A stretch of 64,000 nt of DNA from Octopus bimaculoides (taxonomy: Eukaryota): assembly GCF_001194135.2 (NCBI RefSeq), contig NC_068984.1:30170618-30234617 (forward strand). The letters are read 5' to 3'. A program made the translations under genes and the position numbers. Positions 38,874 through 52,654 of this stretch are shown here, piece after piece. Under the pieces are notes generated by a model that saw nothing but the letters and a program-made list of their open reading frames with translations, searched no databases and was not told the origin of the DNA. Position 1 is the stretch's first letter. Every line of letters starts with the position of its first letter.

Positions 38874-40418
38874 AGTAAGTTAAATGTTATTTGGTCTAAA
38901 AAATATAAAGTTTGTTTTATACAGCTGCCAAATAGGTACCAAGCTTCCTAGGTATATCGCTTGTAGGATACAATAAGTTCCTAAACAGAGAAAAAAATAA
39001 AGCAACCTCTATGTCAGTGACAGGTTTGCTAAAAATAAATGCAGTATTTCCCACTTCGATCTGAAAAAAAAAGCAAAAGCAAAGAAAGTAGATGAAAATA
39101 TGAGAATGCTGTCATTGCTGAAACACTTTTAAACATAGTACTACTCAAATAGGGTTAAGAAAACAAATACTATATATATTTTAACTCTTTAACTGCAAAA
39201 TTAAATTTCATGATTATCTCAGTAATGATGTTAAATATTTACTACAAAGTAGAATTGATATTTTCTGCAAGTCACCTTCACTTAATAAACTTGATATATC
39301 TCAAAAAACATATTTTCAAACATGACATTCCTCCAAAAAAGGTAGAATCGTATATGATTCTGCTTTCTGCAGTTCAGTGGATATATCTGATTTCCACACG
39401 AAAAGGGTTAATTAATCATCAGCTTCAAGTTATAAAAATATAACTGTTAGAAATAAACTCTGTGATCTATGAAAATCTTATACTTGGAAAACAGTATTTT
39501 TTAATTATTTATGCTTTTAAATAATTCCATTTTCTAATATTCAATGCAACACACAAACATCATTACAATCATGATAGATAGAAGAGAGCAAATTAAGGAG
39601 TCATATTATGTAATCCAATATTAGCAATGTTTCTAGCTCTTAAGCATTGAATGTTTTTCTGATATACCATATCAAACTAATCTAAATTATGAAGTAAATG
39701 CTCAAGAAATAATTACTCTAAGTAAAATCACATATCAATAATAGGCAATGTTGGAACCAGTTCACTATAGACTTCAACACTTTTGCCAGGTAACAGACAT
39801 TAAGTAACTGCAGTACTGTTTCATTGTTCTTGAAATTATTTCTGCACTGTTGAAAATAGCTAAATGTTAAACAACTAAAATTATGATATTGTCACATTTT
39901 CAATATTACTCGTTCCTAAGGAAAAGTCTTATCCAACTACATATACTATAAATACACTTAAACATCTCTGTACATACGTACATGTGTGTCTATGCATGTG
40001 AATATGCATCTATGTATAGAAGAAGTGGTTTAAAATCCATAGAGAAGATATAACTTACCTAAGAAGAAGGACACTCAAAATAAATCCATGACAGAATGAA
40101 GAAGTAACATCTAACAGCCTTGCAGAAGAAATAAGGATCCTTCTGCTAGGGTGAAGACAATTCAAATGGACAATAGGTACTTCAGAATAAAATTGATATA
40201 ATTTTGAGAGGTCTTCTTGTACCATGAAATGCATGACGCAAACTTATAACTGAAATTAGATTTCAAACATTTAAATATTGTCAGTATGCAAAAATATTTA
40301 CTTTAATACAAGGAACAGTAAATGCTTTATTTTCCTCACATGTTTGTGTTAAGTAAGAAAAAAAACAAACCCATTATATACATACAGAGGCATGTGAATA
40401 TACATAGGCATATAAGTA

Positions 40419-40625
40419 CAAGGAGGTGCTGAAACGTTCCTGGCTTTTGGGGTATCCTGAAAGGTCTGGCTGGAAGCCCAACCCTCTGAGTTCTTTTACA
40501 AGGCTTGGAAAAACTGAAGGACTGCTTCAATAAGTGTGTGAATCGGAGAGGGGAATATGTTGGATAAAATCATAATTAACTGATTCTCTTGTATCCAAAG
40601 CCAGGAACTTTTCAGCACCACCTCA
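40419..40625 (+). mobile_element. Internally deleted mariner element (MITE) with 29-bp TIRs and TA flanks
   Basis: caaggaggtgctgaaacgttcctggcttt ... aaagccaggaacttttcagcaccacctca; TA at 40417-40418 and 40626-40627; internal GLEKLKDCFNKCVNRRGEYVG* resembles the mariner transposase C-terminus. Confidence 0.85.
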
Positions 40626-43439
40626 TATGTATACTCGTCAATTAATATGCTTATAAATACATACACGTATGCATACATAAATGTTCATGCAAGCATTCAT
40701 AAACAAACATAAACAAAGATTGATTCACATTCATGGATACACATATACTTGCATATACATGAAAGCACACACATGCTCATTTTTCTTTGTAACACAAAAA
40801 TAAAACATCTAATTATTTTCTGTCAATTAATAATCTATAGTTAGATCACTGGCAATCTCATTTACACCTAGTTTTGACTTAAGGTTTTGAGAACAATGTA
40901 ATTATATAGAGAGAAGTGTGGGTGAGGAATAATTTTACCAGACGTAGTTTATAGTGTCTTGATCGTGGATATTTGTTCACCTTTCCTCATGGCAGAATAA
41001 TAGTCATAATTGTTACGCACTGGATTTTCTATACAGGCATTGGTTGGATGAGTCGTCAAGTAAGTCAGTTCTTATTTAATGTTACAATTGGATAGAGCAA
41101 AAGCTGGTTATAAGTTCAAACCATTCCAACCACTTAAATGCCTGCATAAAACCAGGAAACCTCATTTTGACTGCTCCCTAAGTCTGCTATGAGGGGCAGC
41201 TGAATTTCTTCAAATCACATTAACATTTTAAAAAGGGAAAAACACAGTGGACACATATGTAGTTTTAGGTAAAGAAAAAGACAGGATGTTGTGGCTGAAA
41301 TGCTTTGACCATAAATCTGCTGAGTTGAAGTTAAACAATAACAACACATCAAGAAACTAACAATGCCAACATCCAGTGAATTCACTCACATCTACTGTTA
41401 ACCTCCAAGACATCTATTTAAATCACTTTAAAATTCTTTAACACCCATTCACTATTCAATTTCTACTCTATCCATTATGAAACTCTAAAGATATGAACGC
41501 CAATATCACTTCCTGATGTCATTGCTTTTCCATAAAATAATATTTTTTACCTAATGATAGTCACAGATGTAGCTGAGAACTCAACCCGATCTTTACTTTT
41601 TTTATGTTAGCATAGTAAAACCTACATAGTTAAACAGAATGATGGTATCTTGAAAACTATGAATATTTAACATTAATACAATAATGTGTGACCCAACAAA
41701 TGAACTTCTAAGTTATTGCTGAACCTCCAAGAAATAGAAACCAAATCACCATTCAATACCACCCAAACAACTTTTAAAAACAAAATTATATTAGACACAG
41801 TAGTTCTAGAAACATAATGCCTGAATGAAAACATGGTTAGAATACCTTTACTTATAGGACTGCTCAATCAAGACTGGCATAAGTGTAACCAACAACTAGT
41901 CATGTATTCAAAGAATACAATTATATACTTTTGAAGATGTGAAACTCAATCTTTGCATGTTTGAGGAATATCTACTTCAATGATGTTAAGAATGCATTAG
42001 AAGACATGTTTATCAGACATTTTTTTTTTTTTAGGACTAGCTAATATAAGTATTATAGCAATAATTCAAAAAGTGCAATTATATATTTTTCAAGATGCGA
42101 AACTCAATCTTTGTTATTTGGTATAATATCAACTTCAGTAATTAAAAACAATAGTAAATTTGGTTCATGATGTGCTTATAGTATGTTTTCAAAGAGAAAA
42201 ATGTTTCTGAGAATGTGGCGAATATTAACTAAGAGTGAGAGAGAGAGAGAGGGGGAGGGGGTAGATGAGAGAGAGAAAGAGAGAGAGAGAGAATAATATG
42301 TATGTCATCTTTTACTGTGTACATTTTAACTTAGTTGCAGATCAGATTGTTTGTGTTTCAGCTCTTACAAGTTGACATGTCTTGCTGTCAAATTTAACCA
42401 CTAACAGCCAAATGGTGATTAATGTGGACGTTTGGCTGCTGTCTGTTCCAAATTTTCTTGTCTGCTTTTCTCTGCTGGTGTCTTCCACTTTGAAGAAAAT
42501 TAAATTAGGATACCCTGATTTGCAATCAAAAATTTTCTGATTGGAAATTAGTCTATATTTTTAATGAGAAATAAACCTGCTGCATCATTCCCTTCAGGAG
42601 ATGTTGGCTTCTTAACAATGAGTGAATCTGAACAGAAATAGTGAATAAACAATAAATGCTAGGAGAAACTATAATATAGTTTTACTGCACCCATGAAAAA
42701 AAAAAACGTGCATGTGTGGAATAAGACCAGAAATATTTATAGGAACCTGGAGAGAAATTATGAACTGCTATATACATGAACGTGTGACGAGTGTGTGTGT
42801 GTATGAAATGATTGCTGTAGACTCACATTCAAGTGGGTCTCAAAATGGTGCAGTACTGGATTGCATATACATATCAAACTATATTCAATTGAATCTGTTT
42901 TCAAATGTTTATTAATATGGTCAGTAGTGTGAAACAATGTCACCAAATAGATATGAATACGAATACTGTTATTCACAGGCTATGGTAGAACAGAAGCACT
43001 TCTGACAGTACATGAATGGTTGGTAGGTAACTTCAAAGAAGTACTCAAGCCATTGGTGTGGGTAACTGTTGTGGATAAACTAAGTAGAATAAGGTGTGTA
43101 GTATGTAGTGAGATGGCTGAGTAAAGTTTCTCAGTGTATACCATGATCAAGACAAGGTTGTAGATATTAAAGGCTGGAGATATTAAATCATTGAAAGTTG
43201 CAGTGCAAAATGCATAGTTTGTGTTTTTTTATTGAAATAACAAGAAAAATTGACAGATGGTGTTAATAAGACTTGTCAAGTAAAGCTGTATTACAAGTTA
43301 AAAAGCAGATGAAAAAGAACATATTGTTGCTAGGTACAGCATCCAACACAAATGGTAACAGGAATTTAGAGTTTATTGTTGACTCAGATTAGGAAACAGT
43401 TACTGAAGGACCACATATACATATGTACATGGACATGCT

Positions 43440-43610
43440 CATCATCATCATCATCATTTAAAATCTGTTTTCCATATTGACATGTATTGGACTGTTTGAC
43501 AGGAGCTGGATAGGCAGAAGACTGCAACAGGCTTTACTCTCCATTTTGGCATGGATTTTGTAGCTGGATGCCCTTCCTAACACCAACCACCCTACTGAGA
43601 GGATTGTTGA
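43440..43610 (-). mobile_element. Decayed RTE 3' end
   Basis: catcatcatcatttaaaatctgttttccat...ctggatgcccttcctaacaccaacc. Confidence 0.65.
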
Positions 43611-43671
43611 GATCTGTTCTTCTATGATGTATATCCTTATATGTGCATGCGTCTGTGTGTGTGTGTATGTG

Positions 43672-43708
<37 letters not shown>

Positions 43709-44468
43709 ATGTGTGTCATTGTTCTTAGTAGCACTATGACAGGAGACAAAGGCTTGACAAAATCAACCTCATCCTCCTTCAAAGTTACCATGTTATTGAT
43801 TCTTTTATGCAGGACTTGGTCTACAGAGTCCTCAACAGCATTAGCATAAAGGAAGTGCTCAGCAAAGAAGAAAATAAATTCTCTGACAAGACAAAGCTGC
43901 CACTACCGATGACGAACACATAGTTAAAACAGACTTATTAGTGTAAATTTATAGATTCTGAATGGTCATGAATCTCGGTATGATTTTCATCCTTTCCTGC
44001 CTCTTTTTCATCTTTTAACATAATCGTTATTTCTTTCAAAGTACTCCTTACACAACTTCTTGGCACCCAAAATTATTCCTTGGTCCAATGGCAAAACAAC
44101 TTAAGATATGTTAGAAAGCTAAAAAGGCATTTAATTTTTGCAAATTCATACTAATTATTCAGCATTAGATTGAGCAGTAACAATCGCTTAACATTTTGAG
44201 TAGAAATCTTCACAACATATTCGCTAAGCACTTAAGAAATATTTCTTGTTTTCTCTATTTCATTTTGCTTTTGCTTTTTCTTATTTTGCTTCCTTCCAAT
44301 TTTGTTCTGTGTAATAGTTCTTTCATTTGTGTGTGTGTGTGTGTGTGTGTGAAGAAGTATCTGAACTACCGTAATGAACTTAATGAAAGTGAATTTCAAT
44401 GAAGTGAATTGTTTTGTGGATAAAGAATAGGTTTTACTTGGAAGTGAGTAAGATGGATCCTTCATATA

Positions 44469-44543
44469 ATAATAATAATAACAACAATAATAATAATAAT
44501 AATGATAATAATAATAATAACAACAACAACAACAATAATAATG
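44469..44543. repeat. (AAT)n/(AAC)n microsatellite at the SINE tail
   Basis: Directly visible. Confidence 0.95.
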
Positions 44544-44746
44544 ATTTCAAATTTTGACACAAGGCCAGCAATTTTTTGGGAGAGGCTAAATCAATTACGT
44601 CAATCCCAGTGTTTGAGTAGTATTTATTTTATTGACTCCAAAGGATGAAAGGCAAAGTCAGTCTTGGCAGAATTTGAACAAAGAATGTAAAGAGTTGAAA
44701 TGCCACTAAGCATTTTGCCCAGCATGCTAACAATTCTGCCAGTTGC
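44544..44746 (-). mobile_element. tRNA-derived SINE family B
   Basis: ttttgacacaaggccagc...ggatgaaaggcaaagtc...agaatttgaac...ctaagcattttgcccagcatgctaacaattctgccag. Confidence 0.8.
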
Positions 44747-44874
44747 TGATGATTATGGCAACGACGACAATGATGACAACAATGGCGATGACGATGACAA
44801 AAACAATGATGATGATGATGATGATGATGGCAATGACGACAATGACAGCGATGATGATGATGATAATGATGACT

Positions 44875-44908
<34 letters not shown>

Positions 44909-44915
44909 CGATTAT
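44747..44915. repeat. Degenerate (GAT/GAC/AAT)n trinucleotide tract
   Basis: Directly visible; gives poly-D and poly-H pseudo-ORFs. Confidence 0.95.
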
Positions 44916-46932
44916 ATGTTGAATAGCATTCTGTAATTAATTTTCTCAATGTATCTTAAACAGTGCTTCAAAATAATTATTCTCTGATGTTTAAAAATAT
45001 ACAAGTTGACACTTTGTTAAGTGAAAGAGAATTTAAAACAAAAGAGGATTTGAAGATGTGAGTAGAAGAATTAAAGATATTAACACCATAGATAGACAAA
45101 GAATATTTTCAGTGTGGTTTTCACAAGTATTGGAGAGGTGAAAATCATAGATGTACTAATACCAGAACTTGCAAAATTACTCACAGCCTGTTTAAGAGCC
45201 ATGTCCCTATCAAAGCACTGCTCATCAGGAACAGGTCAGAAATCATGGTTCTACTATAACCTGATTAATAGTAAAGGGCATTTTCACATGTCCTCCATCC
45301 ACGAAATCCGCTCACAAGGATTTGGTTGGCCCAAGGTTATACTAGAAGACACAGAATATACAAAAGAAGAGCTAGATAGTGATAACAACAGGAAAAGATG
45401 GAAGAGTGAGTGAGGATATTCCTTGGAGTGCACTGAAGCATTCGATAAACTTCTACAAAACATGGGTATTCTCAATTAGTCAGTAACCGATAAGTGTGGC
45501 TGAAGTAAAGACAGCTAAAGAAATGAAGGGATGGAATAACAGGGTGAGGGACAAAACATTCAACAATGGAGAAAACTAGAGCAATGACAAAGAAAGAAAA
45601 AGAATTGGCCACAAGTTAACAGTATGCAAATAACCATTCATGATGAAAGAAAATCTCAATAATAGATTATCACATAGAGAGGCTGAAACAACGGTGACTA
45701 AGTTGGAGAAAATATAACAGGTAACAGGAAAGAGAAAACAGTAGAAGTAAAACACAAATATATAAACTAGGATTAGTTTGCTTTGATCGTTTGGGTGGAT
45801 AGTAGTAGGTGGTGGCAGACTGAAAACAAGGATGCCTGTGTGCACACATCTTTGCTTGAAACAGACATTAAATCTCTCTCAAGCCTCATCTGGTTGTTTT
45901 GATAACAATGAAGGAAGGATACATCATATAAAATATTGTTCAATATACAATGAGAGTTAAACAACAAGATTTACAAAACCATCTAACCCAATCATTTATA
46001 AGAGTTTAATGGAAAGAATAACAAATGTTAAATAGCTCTGCATATGACAAACATAAACACTGTAAATACAATGGGTGCCCAATGCAAATGAATCAATTCT
46101 TCTTCATTGTCATTATTGTCATTGTCATCATCGACATTATCGTCATCACATCACCATCACCTTCATTTCAAAATATAAAATGGAAATTAAAACCAGGAAG
46201 TTAAATATCAACAAATAAATATTTTTAACAACAATCATATATTTCTTGCAAAAATTGCTGATCTCTTCAATAATACGTTTATATTCATTTTGTAAATAAT
46301 TGATAACTTTACTGAAGCAACAAATAAAATTTGGAATCAAAATGACCTTTACATTATAAATTTAGAAGTAATGGCTGTTATTCCAAAGGGAATGAGCATT
46401 TAAGTAAAGAAGATCATATTTTAAACATAAATATTGCTATCCCTTGCCAAGGGATGTTATATTAGCAATTATTAGTCTTTGTCACTCTTGATAATATTTC
46501 CTCATTAAAATTACAGATTTCTGGATCAAGTTATAAGTTGTTAATATCCATTAACAGCTTACACATCATATGAAATTATGCCCACTCAAGTGAATACAAC
46601 TGAATCTTTATTTGTAGGTTGCATATAACAGTTTTCATCATAAAATCCATTTGGTTAATGGAATACAGTTTTCAAATTATTTCTGAAGGTTCATAGATGA
46701 ACAATTTCTGTGAGATTAACGAACAGAAATATTAACTACGTTATCAGACAAAACTTTATTGTAGAAATGAAAATATCTTCTTCCATAAACAGAACATATA
46801 CTGATTGTTTGTTTCATACACCCTAACCTCCCAAGTAGACACTACTCTTAATTTTCAGATGATTGGTAAAATTATAGCCATCTATGAAAATACCTCTTCC
46901 GACAATTTAAATGCAAGTATCCCAGTTATCCC

Positions 46933-47300
46933 AGCAAAGCTGTGTGGTTAAGAAACTCACTTTGCAACTATATGGCTTCAAATTCAGTCCTACAGCACAA
47001 TACCTTGGGTGTTTTTTACTATATCTCTATACTGATCAATGCCTTGTGAATAAATTTGGTGGATGGATACTATGCTGAAGCTTGTAATATTTACATGTGT
47101 TTGTGTGTGTGTGTGTACCTGTGTTTGTCCCATTGCCACTACTACTACTTGATAACCAGTGTTGGTTTGTTTATGTCCCTGTAATTTAGTGATTCGGTGA
47201 AATACCTGGGTCAATGTATTCAACTGAAACCTTTCAAGCCAGTGCCCCAGCATGACTGCAGTCCAATGACTGAAACAAGTAAAGTATATATGATAAAAGA
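46933..47300 (+). mobile_element. Decayed SINE family A
   Basis: gctgtgtggttaagaa...taccttgggt...gccttgtgaataaatttgg...cagcatgactgcagtccaatgactgaaacaagtaaa. Confidence 0.7.
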
Positions 47301-49122
47301 TAAATCAAAACATGCCATTGTAATTTTCATTTTAATTGCTTAGAGGAGTTAAGAGTAGCACCAATGACACTTTCCAAGACTTTCATGGTCGGCAAGAGAA
47401 AGAAAAAAACAGATGTTTGTAAAAGAGAGAGGAATTCATGATTTAAGATCAAGTTCTTCTGAAGTCAGCATCACCTTGTAGCCAGAGTGATGGATTGCCA
47501 GCATTGCTAAATTTTCAGATGAGTAACTTGCAGTGTTTCTTCCAACTTTTTGTATTCTGAGTTCTTGGGTAATTTTCTAAGTTGTTACCAAGTCTAACAC
47601 CACTACATGCACTTTGAGTGTCTTCAATGGATTTCACTCTGTTGCAAGCATTAAGGTCAAGCCTTAAAGATAACTTCCTGAAGCCCAGTCTTGAAAGCCC
47701 TGAAAAATAAAAAAAGGACCACAGGCTCTGCCTTTCCTCTTTGATTATATGTTATAAAAAACAAGATACCTTGATGTGAAGAAATGGCATGAAACTAAAT
47801 GATAATCCTTCCCCTCATTTGAAAAAATACTGAACCTCAGGCCAGACTAGATAATATATTTTAGAGATTTGAAGACCACTTATCTACATTGATGCTACTG
47901 ACAAAGACATGCAACATGAACCTGAGAACTTTCCAAAGCTAATAGGTACAGAAATTCTTAGTGTAGCATGATGAGATGCATCTTTGATATGTTGTACTAA
48001 AAGACAAAAGCAATATAGGAATTATATTCTATATGTGGAACACTTTTATGAAGAAAAGATATACAGCCTCACTGGAGACAGTAGGAATATAAAGAAGTAT
48101 CCATGAAAAGATAACATATAGAGCACTTATCAAAAGCATTGAGATCGATATCTTCATAAGATCACTTTTACAGAATTACAATGTTATAAATTTGAAGAAT
48201 AGAAATTTTAATGTTAAAGCATCATTGATAAATTGCATAGTGTAGCAACATCAAGTATAGTCAATAACCATGAGAAGAAGTAACCATCAGAAAGTGTGAA
48301 TCCAAAAGTACAACACAAACAGAATATGTTGCAAATAAAAATGTTTCCTACAAATTTGTCACCTCTCTAAGTTTTGATTTTATATATTTCTGTGAGATAT
48401 ACAAATAAATAAGTACACAATACAATGATTGATATCAAGTGAGTTATCTTTTGACACTATATGATTATTTTTGATCAATTGTGTTAACTAGATAGCATAC
48501 TTACAAGTAGCTGCTCAGCTCGGAAATAAGAGTCATAGCTATTAAAGCTTGGCAGAAAGAAACAAAAATTACAAAGTTTAATTTGTTTACTTGAAATTTC
48601 AATCAGTTTATTAAATCTAGAACTTATTTGGGTAATTTTTTTTCTTTATTTAACAGCAATATTACTCAAGTTTTAATCTACTTAAATTATTGAACACGTT
48701 GTGGATAGAACTTACAATATTTCATTTCAGGCAGTATTTCTATAGTTTTATTCCCTTAAACATATGTAAAGTGTATAAATATATAGTAGTTTAGGTAATA
48801 TTTAGTTTAATTTCCATCAGTAGCAAATTACATAATGGTTTCGTGGTTATGTTAACTGATTGTTTCCAGGTAACCTTAAATATGCTTACTTTTACTCATC
48901 ATAGGCTTCACACCACTACCATTGCTACAACAGCTTTCATCATCATCAATAACACCAATATCATCATCACTTCCTCACTCATAAGGTATTGTTCAGAATG
49001 AGGCTACTGTAGAAGACATTTGTCCGAGGAGCCACATAGTGAAACTTATACTAAAACCACATGATGTGAAGTGAACTTCTTAGACACACAGCTATGCCTG
49101 TGCCAAAAATGGAAATATTAAC

Positions 49123-49495
49123 TCCACCATTTGAGCATGATCGTTACCAGCGTCACCTACTGGCACTTTTGCCGGTGGCACGTTAGAAAATCATTCGAGC
49201 GAGGTCGTTGCCGGTGTCGCTGGACTGGCTCCTGTGCAGGTGGCATGTAAAAAACTCCATGTTGAGCGTGGCCATTGCCAGTACCGCATGACTGGCCCTC
49301 GTGCCAGTGGCACGTAAAAGCACCCACTACACTCTTGGAGCGGTTGGCGTTAGGAAGGGCATCCAGCCATAGAAACTCTGCCAGATCAGATTGGAGCCTG
49401 GTTCAGCCATCCAGTTCACCAGACCTCAGTCAAATCGTCCAACCCATGCTAGCATGGAAAGCAGACGTTAAACGATGATGGATGATGATAATGAT
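49123..49495 (+). mobile_element. RTE LINE 3' UTR with (ATG)n tail
   Basis: Reverse orientation of the 15005 family: gttggcgttaggaagggcatccagc...ccatgctagcatggaaagcagacgttaaacgatgatg. Confidence 0.85.
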
Positions 49496-50008
49496 TCATG
49501 TAAGGATTACTATTTTACCAGTCATAAGCATTCCATGATTTCTGACTTCTACTGAGTTTCAATTGTCTTGTGGTTACAATCTTCTTGTACTTACCTCTCT
49601 ACAAGCCCTATTTTTAAACAGAGAGGTTCTTATATAATTCCTTAACCTCTTGGACAGGTTTCATAGATTAAATAGCCTATATGCTGTGCTGTTCTTGGCC
49701 AATGTTCAGCTTTTATATTGCTTACAGATTCACTGTATTTTGTTATTCAAATTCTTATAATGAGATATATTCACAGAGGATTTTAAGTTTATCTATATTT
49801 CATACATTTGAGACAACAAAGATGTTAAGAATTGTGTTAGGTTGTTATTTTTCTGGGATATATGTTTTCCATTTATATCACTTATATGTAAACATCATCG
49901 TCAGAACAAACAGCTTTAGCCTAATACTGTACATATTTGACAAGAATTTTTTGAAGCAGTTTAAATAGTGGGACTCATAACTTAGCATGTTGTTGTTTAG
50001 ATGAGTCT

Positions 50009-50174
50009 AGGACATTTACCCCGCCCCCATGGACAATTACCCCCTAGGACAACAGATGATGATTTAAAACTTCTTAATATATTGAAGAGGGGGTAATTAA
50101 CGAGGGGGGTGTAATTGTCCCAGAGGGTAGTTGTCGTTGGGGGGAATTGTCCTGGGTGGCGGAGTAATTGTCCT
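50009..50174. mobile_element. GC-rich MITE with ~36-bp TIRs and repeated GGACAATTACCCC motifs
   Basis: Left aggacatttaccccgcccccatggacaattaccccc versus reverse complement of right aggacaattactccgccacccaggacaattcccccc; direct repeat gtttaga at 49995-50001 and 50181-50187. Confidence 0.7.
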
Positions 50175-51676
50175 GTATGCGTTTAGACATGTCTGATTCT
50201 GCAGATCTGTAACCAAACAAGTTCCAACTTTAACTGCCCTCTCTGAATAAGAGTATTGAGAACTAACTGATCTAATATGTCCTTCCTTTGTTCATGGAGA
50301 CTGGGTGTGACTTGATAGGGATTGAGTGTTATTTCTAGTAAATCAAGTAAGTCCACAGAAGCTTTCTTGTTCGGGAAGTCATAATTTAGGTAGAGGAAAA
50401 GTCAGTCTGAGTGTCAGTTTTACCACTGCACTTTGAGATGATAAACAAAGCAAGATTAAAGAATTTAACATGTTTTAAGAAAAATTAGAGAATAGTTGAA
50501 AGTAACAGTTCAAGTAATTTTGGCTTTGGTATATACAAATCAAATTAATTTGTAATTACTGTTTCTTCAATGATGACTCTTTGTTTTTAAATTTAGCTCT
50601 TTAGATAACTTTCTTAATAGCATTATTACTTTATCTTATGTTTATCACCTCAACAAACAACTTGAATTATAAATTCATTGACTGCTTAAATACACAAGCA
50701 AATTAAACCAGCTTCCACTAGTAAATTAATGAGTTCTTACAACTTTGAACTAATTAACACCTACACTATTAATTCAATCACACTGAAAATTATTTCAGCC
50801 CTGTTCTGAACGGCTGAGGATCATCATCATTTAGTGCCCATGTTCCATGCAGGCATAGGTTGGATGGTTTGACAGGATTTGAAGTGTCCAAGGACTGCAC
50901 TGAACTCTAATCTCTGGAGCTCAATACTGCTCTGTAGATAAAATAAACATATCAAAACATACACAATGAGCCTACCAGTACATATACATTCCTTCTAGTG
51001 AGGATAAAAATAATTAAATAAAGTTATTACTTGGCTGTTTGTCGATATTTCACTAAATGGCACTTTAAAGCTATTTGTTCACCATCCATGCCATAACTTC
51101 TTTCACTTACTTCAAATATCTCTGATTCTCTGAACTTGCTAACTGCACAATCCCTTTTCTTACATCCTTTGTTTCAATAATTGTTCCTTGTTCCATCATC
51201 TCAATTCACTTCTATAGTTCTACATTATGTTCTTTATTCCTCCTCATCCTCAGACATTCATTCTTCTGGAACTTTCCCTCTGTCTATGCATTCCTTTCAA
51301 ACACTAACCTGAAAGATTTCAAGATGCACATTAAATCATATTAACATTGCCCCATGATCAATATTTCTATATATATATATGATGTTCTGAAAAGGCTATA
51401 GGTACTGCCATTCCTTAGATACACTCATGAAAAAGATTAATTTATTCAATCATTCAAATAATGTAATTTAATTAAATTTGCCACTGTAACAATAACTAAT
51501 TAAGATTCCCACTGAACACCTTAACTAATTAACTCCCACTTACTAAAAATATTAAGTAATTAGGTCTCTTCTGCATACTATATTAACTAATTAAGTCACT
51601 CATGCTCTCAACCAGTTAAAGACACAGACTAATAAATTCACATCAACAAATCTACTTCTGCATTTACCTCTTTGTT

Positions 51677-51687
<11 letters not shown>

Positions 51688-51736
<49 letters not shown>

Positions 51737-51880
51737 ACACACAAGCATACTTATACACACTCACACACACTTACACACACACTTTCACACACACATTTAC
51801 ACACACACACTTACATGTACACATACACACTTTCACATGCACGGACGCATGCACACACACACACACACATACACACACAA
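51688..51880. repeat. Long degenerate (CA)n tract
   Basis: Directly visible. Confidence 0.95.
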
Positions 51881-52262
51881 ACCTTTCAAACTTCTTTAAT
51901 TCTATTTGTTTGGACATTCATTCTCACTTTAAAAAAAAAAAATAATTATTGTGTAATGGTCCAGCAATACTCCAATCAATCTTCGTAGACTCTTCAAAAT
52001 GAGACTCTGAAAAAGAAAACAGTAATAAAGGCAAGATGCACAACACAATTACAAAAATAACAAATACATGACAATGAGCATGAACTTCTTAATTTCTATT
52101 TTGTTTGTATAGCTGGGTAACAGCCTCCTTCAATTTTTAAAATCTCATGTTATCATCATTTAACATCCGTTTCCCATGCTGGCATCCCGTGAGTTTTAAT
52201 TGACAGTAAACATACATTTGAAGATATGTGGATATGGGAATAAATACGTATATAGACATATA

Positions 52263-52654
52263 GGCACAGGAGAGACTGTGTGGTAAGTAGCTTGCTTACC
52301 AATCACATGGTTCCGGGTTCAGTCTCACTGCATGGCACCTTGGGCAAGTGTCTTCTACTATAGCCTCGGGCCGACCAAAGCCTTGTGAGTGGATTTGGTA
52401 GACAGAAATTGGTATATATGTATATATATGTATGTATGTATGTATGTGTGTTAGTGTGTCTGTGTTTGTCTCCCCACCATCGCTTGACAACCGATGCTGG
52501 TGTGTTTACGTCCCCATAACTTAGCGGTTCGGTAAAAAGAGACCGATAGAATAAGTACTAGGCTTACAAAAGAATAAGTCCTGGGGTCGATTTGCTTGAC
52601 TAAAGGCGGTGCTCCAGCATGGCCGCAGTCAAATGATTGAAGCAAGTAAAAGAG
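52263..52654 (+). mobile_element. tRNA-derived SINE family A
   Basis: Same head, body and tail as the 30157 and 38446 copies, with a small internal deletion before the microsatellite. Confidence 0.9.

Noticed and set aside
43823-43933. Plus-strand exon-like frame DLVYRVLNSISIKEVLSKEENK...
   Set aside because: The opposite strand resembles a decayed RTE RT segment (EHF...VTLKEDEVDFVKP); neither reading is strong enough to call.
44629-44949. Poly-His and poly-Asp ORFs
   Set aside because: Trinucleotide tract fused to a SINE head; no splice or codon evidence.
45110-48200. Scattered RT-like peptides (LIPELAKLLTACL, ATNKIW..VIPKG, EKTRAM, DHLSTL)
   Set aside because: Probably very old LINE debris but too decayed to delimit or assign.
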